From the NCBI GenBank assembly GCA_964574415.1, contig CAZNNM010000002.1, positions 311,141 to 375,140 of the forward strand: a stretch of DNA of 64,000 nucleotides, in the 5' to 3' direction. The translations under genes and the position numbers were made by a program. The notes beneath the pieces are model-generated. The model was not told the DNA's origin. It was given only the letters and a program-made list of their open reading frames with translations, and did no database searches. This DNA is from an uncultured Rickettsiales bacterium. GTDB lineage: Bacteria; Pseudomonadota; Alphaproteobacteria; Rickettsiales; CAZNNM01. Shown here one piece after another: positions 10,794 through 20,368 of this stretch (within the stretch, counting starts at the first letter, position 1; each line of letters starts with the position of its first letter).

Positions 10794-11219
10794 CGTCATT
10801 GCGAGGAGCGTTAGCGACGCGGCAATCCCGAGCCACTTAAAGAACAGAGAGCCATGCCACTGGATCAACTATGTTTTTTGTTCTGTCATTCACCGACTTG
10901 ATCGGTGAATCCATCGTGAAAATATAGCTTTATTGTTTAGATGGATACGCCGATCAAGTCGGCGTATGACAAAGGAAATTCGTCCTTCAAGAACAGAGAA
11001 AACCGCCACTGGATCGCGCTGACGCTCGCGATGACGGTGCTATATACTCCTGTCATCCCGGACATGGCGATTCGATGAAATCGAGAGCGGGATCCACCGT
11101 TATGGCAGCGTGATTTATAAGCATTGAATGTGGAAGCGCCAGTCCTGGTAGATTCCGGGTCAAGCCCGGAATGACAAAAGAGAGTCAGGCAAAAACCTCA
11201 ATCACGTTGGCGTATGACA
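10794..11219. repeat. Nested palindromic repeat cluster (family C enclosing a family-A variant, then another family-A pair and a half arm)
   Basis: C arms at 10794-10828 and about 11010-11036 flank an A-variant pair at 10884-10971; A pair 11051-11176; half arm to 11219. Confidence 0.85.
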
Positions 11220-11229
11220 AGGGAATACA

Positions 11230-12954
11230 CTACCCCGCCACAATCACCCGCGTATTAGGCATCCATACCTTCACCACCGTACCCTTATTCAACACACTCG
11301 AAAGCTCCAGCGCGCCGCCATGCAACTCTACAAACATCTTACACAATGGCAGGCCCAGGCCTGTGCCTTCGGAGTTAATATGGTTATGCACCTGGCCAAA
11401 GGCGGATAGCGCTTTTGGGATATCTTCTTCCGCAATACCAATACCATTATCACTGACATAGAAAATAAAATTCCCCTCTTTATCCAGCAGGGCTTTGACA
11501 TGAATAATCCCACCGCGCGGGGTGAATTTTACGGCATTGGAGAGCAAATTGAGCAATGTCTGGCGGATTTTACGCTCGTCAATCCGCAGCAATGGTAAAT
11601 CTTCTGGCACTTCATCAATAATGCTAATATCAGCCGTTTTCGCCCGCTGGCCAATAATACGTAGCACTTTGGTGACAATATCATGGAACTGGTATTCGCC
11701 TTCATATAATACCAGCTTCCCACCCTCACCTTTGGAAAATTCGAGGATATCGTTAATCAACTCCAAAAGATGATTCCCACAGAGATTAATATCATGAATC
11801 CGCTCACTTTGCTTATCATTGAGCATCCCAAAATAGCCTGAATCCATCATCTGCGAGAAACCGATAATGGCATTAAGCGGTGTGCGCAATTCATGGCTCA
11901 TCTTGGCCAAGAAATCTGATTTTGCCTGGCTCGCCAAAATCGCCGCCCGCTCTGATGCTTGTACCTGGCGGATTTGGCGGGACATCATGGTAATGAAAAT
12001 AGAGACAATCGCAATAAACCCAACAAACACCACCACAAACAGCAGATAATTCTCACGGTTAGTACGCGAAGAGGCAAAGACATCATCTTCGTGCAATACC
12101 ACCGTCGTAATCAGTGGGAAATTGGGCAATTCTTTAAGCGCATAAATCCGCATCGCCCCATCCACCGTGCGCTGCTCCACCGTTACATGGTTAGGCTTTT
12201 TGAGGTTCACATCGCCTAAAATAATATGATATAACCGCGTCAATGCCGCCTGCTCACCAGGATTAGAGACAATCAACGGCTTTTCATACAGGCTAATCAC
12301 CAGGCTGGTGCGCTTATGGTTACGGATAAAGCGGAAGAAATGCAGAATATCATCCGCATTAATCACCGCAATCATCATCCCGCCTGGGGTTCCATCCAGC
12401 TTGGTAATCCGTTTTGCCATCAAAATATTGCGTGAACCGGTAATATCTACCGGAAAAAAGGCATAAAGCACGGTTGCATTGGGAGAGCTATCCATAATAT
12501 TATAGGCATTGCCTGGCAAAGTCTGGCCTGGAGATACGGTCAGATTGACATTTTTCTTCTGGCTAATCGCCTGAATCACCCCTTGCTCATCCACCCACAT
12601 AAGCGCATCAATATTCGGCACATCACTCACCCAAAGCTGGAGATTATATTGCATATCTTCCCGCAATTTAGTGCCGAATAAATGATTAAAATACTGTCGG
12701 TCAACTGCCCGCTGCAAGGTCTGCTCTACGGTCAGCAGGTTCATGAGAATATGATCAGAAAAGCTACGCACCAGCTGCTCCGCCTGATAACGCCCCTGTT
12801 CTAAATCCGCCTCATGCTCCTTATGGCTTTGATGTAAAATCAGCCAAATCAATAAGGTAAGCAATAAAACCCCCAGCACAAATACTATATGTGCTAAGGT
12901 AAAACGCGAGCGGGTCTTAAAGGTCGTAAGCATAGGTGCATTTTTCATAGGCAT
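11230..12954 (-). CDS. Membrane sensor histidine kinase (periplasmic sensor, HisKA, HATPase)
   Basis: Two TM segments; FLAKMSHELRTPLNAIIGFS H-box; NLLSNAVKFT, DNGIGI, GTGLGL boxes. Confidence 0.93.
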   Translation of the reverse strand: MPMKNAPMLTTFKTRSRFTLAHIVFVLGVLLLTLLIWLILHQSHKEHEADLEQGRYQAEQLVRSFSDHILMNLLTVEQTLQRAVDRQYFNHLFGTKLREDMQYNLQLWVSDVPNIDALMWVDEQGVIQAISQKKNVNLTVSPGQTLPGNAYNIMDSSPNATVLYAFFPVDITGSRNILMAKRITKLDGTPGGMMIAVINADDILHFFRFIRNHKRTSLVISLYEKPLIVSNPGEQAALTRLYHIILGDVNLKKPNHVTVEQRTVDGAMRIYALKELPNFPLITTVVLHEDDVFASSRTNRENYLLFVVVFVGFIAIVSIFITMMSRQIRQVQASERAAILASQAKSDFLAKMSHELRTPLNAIIGFSQMMDSGYFGMLNDKQSERIHDINLCGNHLLELINDILEFSKGEGGKLVLYEGEYQFHDIVTKVLRIIGQRAKTADISIIDEVPEDLPLLRIDERKIRQTLLNLLSNAVKFTPRGGIIHVKALLDKEGNFIFYVSDNGIGIAEEDIPKALSAFGQVHNHINSEGTGLGLPLCKMFVELHGGALELSSVLNKGTVVKVWMPNTRVIVAG

Positions 12955-13057
12955 TACTATACGACCAGTTACAGGAAGAGCAAAGCTATTTATGACTTCT
13001 TGACATTATTAAATTATTAATTTAAAACACCTTAAATCCCAAAAAAAGAATAGCATC

Positions 13058-14857
13058 ATGAAACGTACCAGCGCCAAGCAATCTTCACAGCAAAACCCCT
13101 ATGGCATTGTAAATGACATCCTCACAGCTTTAGCAAAAAGTGAAGATAACGATTTCTATGATTTGCCTATCGCATTACGGCGCATTCTTATCGATCGTTG
13201 CCCTAATACTGATACTGATCTCCTTAGTAGTGCAACATACACCTTTGCCAGCAAGCTTGTGACCGAAAAGCTATGCAGTGGTTCACACGATCTATTTGAG
13301 ACCTATGTTCAAATATTTTATACGGATCCCACATTAATCTATAAGAAAATCTTCGCAGCAATCTTGGAAGACACACCCAGCCCATTTTCACCGTACCAAA
13401 TACAGAAGCTTATCACCCTCTGCCCTAATGGGCGTTTGCTACGATATGCTATTGCACATTTAGCAGAGCCTGTAGCGCAAAGCCTGGTGGTATATGCGGG
13501 CATATCCTTTAAAACATTAGCTTCCTTATACTATAACGATCCCGAATGCTTCTATACCCTAACCGCTCATGCTACCTATCATGATACTATGCACAATAGC
13601 GTAGCAGCCTATGATATCCGCCAACTCTTTAGTCAATATGGCTTTACACTGAAGCAATTCCGCAACGTATATAAATTGTTCACCGCTAATGCTCCTGCAT
13701 TCTCATCGGTAGAGAGTTTTGCAGCGCCGCATCTGGGTGAATTGATAAAGATATGTAACGTCTCTGCCTCATCCATTAGCACGCTTTCTACCGATGATAT
13801 TCGCGCCTGTTTTGCATCACAAGCAGCGCAAGAGGCTGTAAAGCACTATTCCTTTAGCCCATGGGAGGTGATTGTTCTTTCGCTAAAAGACAAAAAAATG
13901 GCACAAACCCTTTGTGAACACCACAACGCCATTGCACCCTTCCTCCTGCATCAAATCATACCCATTTACCATCTTAATCCAGGCATTGTGCAGACAATGC
14001 AATATAATCCGCGTATAGATAATGAAATAAGCTATGCATTACAATGCATCAGCCCTAAACAATGGGCAGAGATGCTCACCACCCCTGTGCAGCGCCTTAT
14101 CATAGAGCATCATATGCCGTTACTGCATGTGGCATTATGCTATAACGAAGATCCTGAAGCCCTCCAAGAACTTGCTCAACACATAGACAGCAATCCCTGC
14201 CAACATGCTGCACATATTTTAGGTTTCTATGAAATATGGGAGCCTGTCATAGCCACTCTGAAAAAGTATGTTCTTTTTCATAAGGAAAATACGGCTATTA
14301 TATCCGAACTTTTAGCACCTGCTACGCAGGCTATCATGCGACAATTTCAGGGACATATCTCTTTAACGGAATGGGTAGCTATTCGTACCAGTAAAACGCC
14401 ACAAGAATTCTCTGATTATATCACCAACCTCACATCTCCTACACATTCGCCTGCATCCTCCTCTGGATACCAAACCCCCGAAGATGATAGGGATATAAAC
14501 ACCCTTATAGATTTATGGGGCAATGAAGCAGGCGTTGCTTTTACTGGCAATCCTCCTATGATACAGGTCTTCTTGAAACCTGAGACACAAACTATTATAC
14601 AGCATTACCAGCAGGAAACGATGTCTGCCACTAAATGGCAGCAGTGGGTAGAAATTTATCATCGTGATGGACATGATATGTTCCAAACACATCTAGCAAA
14701 ATGCCAGGAGAAAATGCCTTTACTGGCATTCCCAAGCCCACGCAAAACAGAAGCTTCCAAAAGCTCTTCTAACGATCAACCGCCACCAGACTGGGAAATA
14801 AAACTGCTGAATTCACGCAGCTCATCCTCCTCTAAGCAAGCATACCATAACCAATAG
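13058..14857 (+). CDS. Hypothetical 599-aa protein, predicted helical with degenerate repeats
   Basis: Long uninterrupted ORF filling the gap, no competing ORF; no recognisable family. Confidence 0.75.
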   Translation: MKRTSAKQSSQQNPYGIVNDILTALAKSEDNDFYDLPIALRRILIDRCPNTDTDLLSSATYTFASKLVTEKLCSGSHDLFETYVQIFYTDPTLIYKKIFAAILEDTPSPFSPYQIQKLITLCPNGRLLRYAIAHLAEPVAQSLVVYAGISFKTLASLYYNDPECFYTLTAHATYHDTMHNSVAAYDIRQLFSQYGFTLKQFRNVYKLFTANAPAFSSVESFAAPHLGELIKICNVSASSISTLSTDDIRACFASQAAQEAVKHYSFSPWEVIVLSLKDKKMAQTLCEHHNAIAPFLLHQIIPIYHLNPGIVQTMQYNPRIDNEISYALQCISPKQWAEMLTTPVQRLIIEHHMPLLHVALCYNEDPEALQELAQHIDSNPCQHAAHILGFYEIWEPVIATLKKYVLFHKENTAIISELLAPATQAIMRQFQGHISLTEWVAIRTSKTPQEFSDYITNLTSPTHSPASSSGYQTPEDDRDINTLIDLWGNEAGVAFTGNPPMIQVFLKPETQTIIQHYQQETMSATKWQQWVEIYHRDGHDMFQTHLAKCQEKMPLLAFPSPRKTEASKSSSNDQPPPDWEIKLLNSRSSSSSKQAYHNQ

Positions 14858-14922
14858 TTGTCATTTTAGCACTTGCTTTACAACCGTTAAACACCGTATA
14901 CCCTCCATGAAAGGAGGGGGCG

Positions 14923-16431
14923 ATGGTTGCGCAGATTTATACGCTAGCATTTCAAGGAGTGGATGTAACGGATGTGGAAGTGCAAGTGCATGTTTCCTCC
15001 GGCCTACCAGCATTTACGATTGTAGGCCTGCCCGATAAAGCCGTTGGCGAATCACGCGAGCGGGTGCGTGCGGCATTGCATTCGATTGGACTTTCCTTAC
15101 CACCCAAACGCATCACCATCAACTTAGCACCTGCGGATTTACTCAAAGAAGGCAGCCATTTTGATTTGCCGATTATTGTCGGCTTGCTTGTCAGTATGGA
15201 AGTGATTCCAGCAGAAGATATCAGTGATTATTTAGTGATGGGCGAATTATCTTTGGATGGCCGCATTATGCCCGTCAATGGTACGCTACCTGCCGCCATG
15301 GGCGCTATTGCACGCAATAAAGGTATTATCTGTCCTGAAGGCAATGGCGGAGAAGCCGCCTGGGCAGGGCATATTTCGATCCTCGCACCTGGACATTTGC
15401 TTGCCTTAATCAATCATTTCAAAGGTATGCAAATCCTCCCCGCCCCTGTGCAGGAATATGCCAATACCCACTATCATTACCCCGATCTCAAAGACATTAA
15501 AGGCCAAGAAAGCGCCAAACGCGCACTGGAAATTGCAGCAGCAGGGGGGCATAACATGCTCATGTCTGGCCCGCCTGGTTCCGGCAAATCCATGCTAGCC
15601 TCACGCCTGCCTGGGCTTATTCCTGAATTGGATGTGGAGGAAATGCTCTATGTGAATATTATCGCAAGCATTGCCGGCAATATTGCCGATGGCAAATTAC
15701 AACGTATGCGCCCGTTTCGTGATCCACATCACTCGTGCTCCATGGCAGCCATGGTGGGTGGCGGGCGAATTGTGCAGCCTGGCGAAATCACCTTAGCGCA
15801 TCATGGTGTATTATTTTTAGATGAACTCCCCGAATTCTCCCGCAACGTGCTTGACGCACTACGCCAGCCCATTGAAACCGGCAAAGTGACGGTATCGCGC
15901 GTGAACTCGCATGTCACCTATCCTGCCCGTTTCCAATTAGTCGCAGCGATGAATCCGTGCCGTTGTGGCTATCTCTCTGATGCCGAACGCGCCTGTAATA
16001 AAGCGCCACGCTGTGGCGAAGATTACCAATCCCGCATCTCTGGCCCATTATTTGACCGGATGGATATTCATATCGAAGTACCCGCTGTCAATGTGTTAGA
16101 ACTAGAACGCATGACCGAAGGCGAATCCAGCGCCACCGTCCGCGAGCGCACATTGGCCGCACGCGATATCCAGAAAACCCGCTATAAAGGCACCGGCATC
16201 CGCACCAATGCCGAGGCCGATGGCGAATTATTACGCAATACCGCCGAGCTAGAACTCCCGGCCAAAGAACTCCTCCACCAAGCCGCCGAAAAAATGCGCC
16301 TCTCCATGCGCGGCTATAACCGCGTCTTACGTGTGGCACGTACGATTGGGGATTTAGAAGAAGTAACGATACTAGAGAAACGCCATATTGCAGAGGCGTT
16401 GACGTACCGGCAGATGTATCGGAGGAGTTGA
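14923..16431 (+). CDS. comM: YifB/ComM Mg-chelatase-like AAA+ ATPase
   Basis: VGLPDKAVGESRERV, KEGSHFDLP, GPPGSGKSM, RDPHHS, LFLDELPEF, AAMNPCRCG. Confidence 0.93.
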   Translation: MVAQIYTLAFQGVDVTDVEVQVHVSSGLPAFTIVGLPDKAVGESRERVRAALHSIGLSLPPKRITINLAPADLLKEGSHFDLPIIVGLLVSMEVIPAEDISDYLVMGELSLDGRIMPVNGTLPAAMGAIARNKGIICPEGNGGEAAWAGHISILAPGHLLALINHFKGMQILPAPVQEYANTHYHYPDLKDIKGQESAKRALEIAAAGGHNMLMSGPPGSGKSMLASRLPGLIPELDVEEMLYVNIIASIAGNIADGKLQRMRPFRDPHHSCSMAAMVGGGRIVQPGEITLAHHGVLFLDELPEFSRNVLDALRQPIETGKVTVSRVNSHVTYPARFQLVAAMNPCRCGYLSDAERACNKAPRCGEDYQSRISGPLFDRMDIHIEVPAVNVLELERMTEGESSATVRERTLAARDIQKTRYKGTGIRTNAEADGELLRNTAELELPAKELLHQAAEKMRLSMRGYNRVLRVARTIGDLEEVTILEKRHIAEALTYRQMYRRS

Positions 16432-16486
16432 GACTTCTCTGGAGAGAAAGCGCCGTTGCATATGAGGCTTGCCCTGTCATAATACT

Positions 16487-16593
16487 TGTCATCCCGGACC
16501 TGATCCGGGATCCACTGGTATGAGGGCGTGGTCTATAAGAATCTAGGTGGAAGCACCAGTCTTAATGGATTCCGGATCAGGTCCGGAATGACA
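16487..16593. repeat. Family-A palindromic pair between convergent comM and bioF
   Basis: GTCATCCCGGACCTGATCCGGGATCCA...TGGATTCCGGATCAGGTCCGGAATGAC. Confidence 0.9.
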
Positions 16594-16624
16594 AAGTCCG
16601 GAATAATGACATACCTGCCTACTA

Positions 16625-17725
16625 TCAACAATAAGCAACCACCCTCTCCACTTGCTCCCGTGTATGCAGCGACGAGAACGTAAACCGCAAGCGGGCCGTA
16701 CCGGGTGGCACTGTAGGAGGACGAATGGCGGAGACGAGAAAACCTGCGTCTTCTAACGCTTGCGATGCTGCAAGCGCTGCCGACTCTTCCCCCATTACCC
16801 AGGGTACGATTGTACTTTGCGCTTCAGGTAATTGGGCGAGCGAGGCAAAATAACGGGCATTGCTCAGCGCCGTTTCCACGCGCTCTGGCGTCAGCAATCC
16901 AAGCGCCGTATCAGCGGCTGCAATGGCTGCCGGCGGTAAACCTGTGCTAAAAATCACACTACGCGCTGTAGTCACCAGATAATCCTTCAACACCTGCGAT
17001 CCCGTCACATAACCACCATAGCTTCCTAACCCCTTAGAAAGCGTACCGATTTGCACATAATTTTCATGCGTAAGTGTTGGCACAACCCCCAAGCCATGCG
17101 CATCATCAGCAAGCAGCCATGCATCATAACACTCGGCCAATTGCAGCAATTCTGCTATTGGCGCACGATCACCGTCCATGCTAAACACCGTCTCCGTCAT
17201 AATCAGGCAGTGCTTATGCTGATGGCGGTGTTTTTGCAGCAAGGCTTCGCAACGTTCCAGATTATTATGTGCGAAGCGATGCAGCGTAGCACCCGAAAGC
17301 CTCGCCCCATCAATCATACAGGCATGGATAAGTTTATCAGCAATAATCAGATCACCCTCTCCCACCAAGGCAGGAATCACGCCAATATTGGCCAAATAAC
17401 CACTCCCCACTACCAGCGCCGCCTCTTGTTGCTTATGGCGGGCCAGATGGGATTCGAACTCCTCGTAGAGAGGATGATTGCCCGTCACTAAACGTGATGC
17501 TGCCGCCCCTGCGCCATAGCGCGCCGTTGCGTCTTGCGCAGCTTTTATGACATCCGGATGCTGGCTGAGCCCAAAATAATCATTACAACTAAAGGAAATC
17601 AGTTGCTTACTCCCGCGCACCACCGCTATACCTTCCTGGCGCTCGGTCGTTTTCAGCACCCGCAAGCGATTCGCTTCCTCAGCAATTACAATATGTTCCC
17701 TTGCAAATGATGTCAGCGATGGCAT
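16625..17725 (-). CDS. bioF: 8-amino-7-oxononanoate synthase
   Basis: FSCNDYFGLS, SGYLAN, HACMIDG, FSMDGD, GTLSKGLG (PLP lysine), AIRPPTVP; divergent from bioB. Confidence 0.93.
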   Translation of the reverse strand: MPSLTSFAREHIVIAEEANRLRVLKTTERQEGIAVVRGSKQLISFSCNDYFGLSQHPDVIKAAQDATARYGAGAAASRLVTGNHPLYEEFESHLARHKQQEAALVVGSGYLANIGVIPALVGEGDLIIADKLIHACMIDGARLSGATLHRFAHNNLERCEALLQKHRHQHKHCLIMTETVFSMDGDRAPIAELLQLAECYDAWLLADDAHGLGVVPTLTHENYVQIGTLSKGLGSYGGYVTGSQVLKDYLVTTARSVIFSTGLPPAAIAAADTALGLLTPERVETALSNARYFASLAQLPEAQSTIVPWVMGEESAALAASQALEDAGFLVSAIRPPTVPPGTARLRFTFSSLHTREQVERVVAYC

Positions 17726-17793
17726 TTTTATTTATCTTTTGACTGGTTTGGTGATATAAGCGACAATAGTGCATCACTATACAAGGAACCCTT

Positions 17794-18768
17794 ATGTCAG
17801 TACACCCTATTCGTCATGACTGGACAAGCGCAGAGATTCAAGCGCTGTTTGACCTTCCCTTTAATGACCTGCTCTTCCAAGCGCAAACCACCCATCGTGC
17901 GCATTTTGACCCGAACGCAGTGCAAGTCAGCACTTTGCTTAGCATCAAAACCGGCTCCTGCCCAGAAGATTGCAAATATTGCCCGCAATCGGCACATTAT
18001 AATACCGGCCTCAAAAAAGAGCCCTTGATGGAAGTGCAGCGTGTTATCACCGAAGCAAAAAAAGCCAAAGAGGCTGGCGCGTCCCGTTTCTGCATGGGTG
18101 CGGCATGGCGGAATTTGAATGACCGTGATATGCCAGCCGTAGCGTCTATGATCCATGAAGTGAAATCCATGGGGCTAGAAACCTGCATGACACTGGGTAT
18201 GCTTGAGCAGCATCAAGCTATCGCCCTCAAAGAAGCAGGTCTGGATTACTATAACCACAATCTCGACACTTCCGAAGATTACTACAAAGAAATCATCACC
18301 ACCCGCACCTATGCAGACCGCCTGCAAACTTTAGAACATGTGCGTAATGCTGGGATGAATGTATGCTGTGGTGGTATTGTCGGTATGGGCGAAAGCGAGT
18401 TGGATCGCGTAGAGCTACTCAAAACCCTAGCCAACCTGCCTCAACATCCAGAAAGCGTGCCTATTAACCAGCTCGTACAAGTCGAAGGCACACCACTCAC
18501 AGGCGCACAAGCAACCGATCCGTTTGATTTCATCCGCATGATCGCCGTTGCACGCATCATCATGCCACAATCCTATGTCCGCCTGTCAGCTGGCCGTGAA
18601 GCGATGAGTGATGAGATGCAAGCTTTGTGTTTCTTCGCGGGTGCGAATTCGATTTTCTATGGTGAGAAATTGCTGACGACGGCTAACCCAAGTGAGAATG
18701 AGGATAAGGCACTGTTTGCACGATTAGGGATTCATCAGGAAACAGCGCAGGTGAAGGCGGCAGCGTAA
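17794..18768 (+). CDS. bioB: Biotin synthase
   Basis: Radical [31 protein letters not shown]. Confidence 0.97.
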   Translation: MSVHPIRHDWTSAEIQALFDLPFNDLLFQAQTTHRAHFDPNAVQVSTLLSIKTGSCPEDCKYCPQSAHYNTGLKKEPLMEVQRVITEAKKAKEAGASRFCMGAAWRNLNDRDMPAVASMIHEVKSMGLETCMTLGMLEQHQAIALKEAGLDYYNHNLDTSEDYYKEIITTRTYADRLQTLEHVRNAGMNVCCGGIVGMGESELDRVELLKTLANLPQHPESVPINQLVQVEGTPLTGAQATDPFDFIRMIAVARIIMPQSYVRLSAGREAMSDEMQALCFFAGANSIFYGEKLLTTANPSENEDKALFARLGIHQETAQVKAAA

Positions 18769-18777
18769 ATATAATAT

Positions 18778-18877
18778 CGTCACTGCGAGCGCTTTAGCGC
18801 GTGGCAGTCCAGGGCCAACGTTGACGACAGAGAAAACCGCCCTCGATTGCCGCATCGCTATGCTCCTCGCAATGACG
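18778..18877. repeat. Family-C palindromic pair between bioB and bioA
   Basis: CGTCACTGCGAG...GATTGCCGCATCGCTATGCTCCTCGCAATGACG. Confidence 0.85.
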
Positions 18878-18907
18878 GAATAGAAATAACGAGGGGATTT
18901 GTTGGGA

Positions 18908-20146
18908 ATGACCGATTGGTATAACGAAGGTGCATCACATATCTGGCATCCTTATACACAGATGAAGACAGCAGCGAATCCCCTGCCCGTGGTAGGGGCC
19001 GATGGTACACGGTTAAAGCTTGCCGATGGACGTGAATTGATTGACGGCATTGCTTCCTGGTGGAGCGCTTGTCATGGCCATAACCATCCGCATCTGCGCC
19101 AAGCGATCGAAACACAATTACACACCCTACCCCATATTATGTTTGGCGGCCTGGCGCATGAACCAGCCTATCGCTTGGCAACACGGCTTGCGAAGTTGAC
19201 TGGATTAGAACGCGTATTTTTTTCGGATTCTGGCTCTACCGCTGTCGAAGTAGCGATGAAAATGGGTATACAATACTGGCGCAACCAGGGCGATAAGAAC
19301 CGCCATAAATTTGTATGCTTCCGCCATAGTTACCATGGCGATACCATGGGCGCTATGTCACTTTCTGACCCGGATGAGGGTATGCACAAGCTCTTCTCTG
19401 GGCATATTCCGATGCAATATGTTATCGATCTGCCAACGGATGAATACAGTTTTGCTGAAATGGATGGGCTGTTTAAGGATGTATCGCGCTATGCAGCAGG
19501 CGTGGTCATAGAACCCTTAGTGCAGGCCGCCGGTGGCATGAAATTCCATTCGCCGGATGTACTGGCCGAAATTTACCGTCTCTCGAAAAAACACGGCCTC
19601 CTCTTCATTGCCGATGAAGTTGCCACCGGTTTTGGCCGCACAGGCTTAATGTTTGCCTGCCAGGAAGCAGGGATTGTGCCTGATATTATGTGTGTAGGCA
19701 AAGGCCTCACGGGCGGGATGATCGGCATGGCCGCCACGTTGGTGACTGATACGGTTTATGATACTTTCTATGCCGATGAACCCGATAAAGCGCTGATGCA
19801 CGGCCCAACCTTTATGGCAAATCCGCTAGCCTGCGCTGCTGCCAATGCCTCACTTGATCTTTTCGAGCGCGAACCACGTTTGCAGCAAGTTGAAGCCATT
19901 GAAGCCCAGCTACTCGAAGAACTCAAACCTTGCGCACGCCTGCCTGGCGTTGTGGATGTGCGGGTTAAAGGGGCGATTGGTGTAGTACAACTCGACCACG
20001 AAACCAGCCCTCTCAAACCTGCATTTATCGAGCAAGGCATCTGGCTACGCCCCTTTGGAGATGTGATTTATGTGATGCCGAGTTTTACCATTACGGCTGA
20101 GGAACTAAGCGCGATTACGGCAGCTATTTTGAAAGTGTGTGAATAG
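18908..20146 (+). CDS. bioA: Adenosylmethionine-8-amino-7-oxononanoate aminotransferase
   Basis: HIWHPYTQ, SWWSACHG, DSGSTAVEVA, SYHGDT, DEVATGFGRTG, GKGLTGG. Confidence 0.96.
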   Translation: MTDWYNEGASHIWHPYTQMKTAANPLPVVGADGTRLKLADGRELIDGIASWWSACHGHNHPHLRQAIETQLHTLPHIMFGGLAHEPAYRLATRLAKLTGLERVFFSDSGSTAVEVAMKMGIQYWRNQGDKNRHKFVCFRHSYHGDTMGAMSLSDPDEGMHKLFSGHIPMQYVIDLPTDEYSFAEMDGLFKDVSRYAAGVVIEPLVQAAGGMKFHSPDVLAEIYRLSKKHGLLFIADEVATGFGRTGLMFACQEAGIVPDIMCVGKGLTGGMIGMAATLVTDTVYDTFYADEPDKALMHGPTFMANPLACAAANASLDLFEREPRLQQVEAIEAQLLEELKPCARLPGVVDVRVKGAIGVVQLDHETSPLKPAFIEQGIWLRPFGDVIYVMPSFTITAEELSAITAAILKVCE

Positions 20147-20225
20147 AACTCTTCACATAAAAAATTACACTTATCATACGCCGATCAAGTTTATATTGTT
20201 GTCGGCTGTCTAACCTATTGATACT

Positions 20226-20332
20226 TGTCATCCCGGACGTGATCCGGGATCCACTTTTATGGCAGCGTCATTTATAAAAATTAAGCTCTTAGCGCCAGTC
20301 TTGGTGGATTCCGGGTCAAGCCCGGAATGACA
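20226..20332. repeat. Family-A palindromic pair
   Basis: GTCATCCCGGACGTGATCCGGGATCCA...TGGATTCCGGGTCAAGCCCGGAATGAC. Confidence 0.9.
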
Positions 20333-20368
20333 AGATAAAAACCCAGGCATCAATAGCGATGAAGCACC

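Noticed and set aside
13007-13035. CtrA box upstream of the 599-aa orphan
   Set aside because: TTAA pairs are spaced 4 and 6 nt, not 7, in very AT-rich DNA.
17726-17793. BirA or BioR operator between bioF and bioB
   Set aside because: No match to TGTAAAC-N14/16-GTTTACA or TTATMKATAA found by eye.
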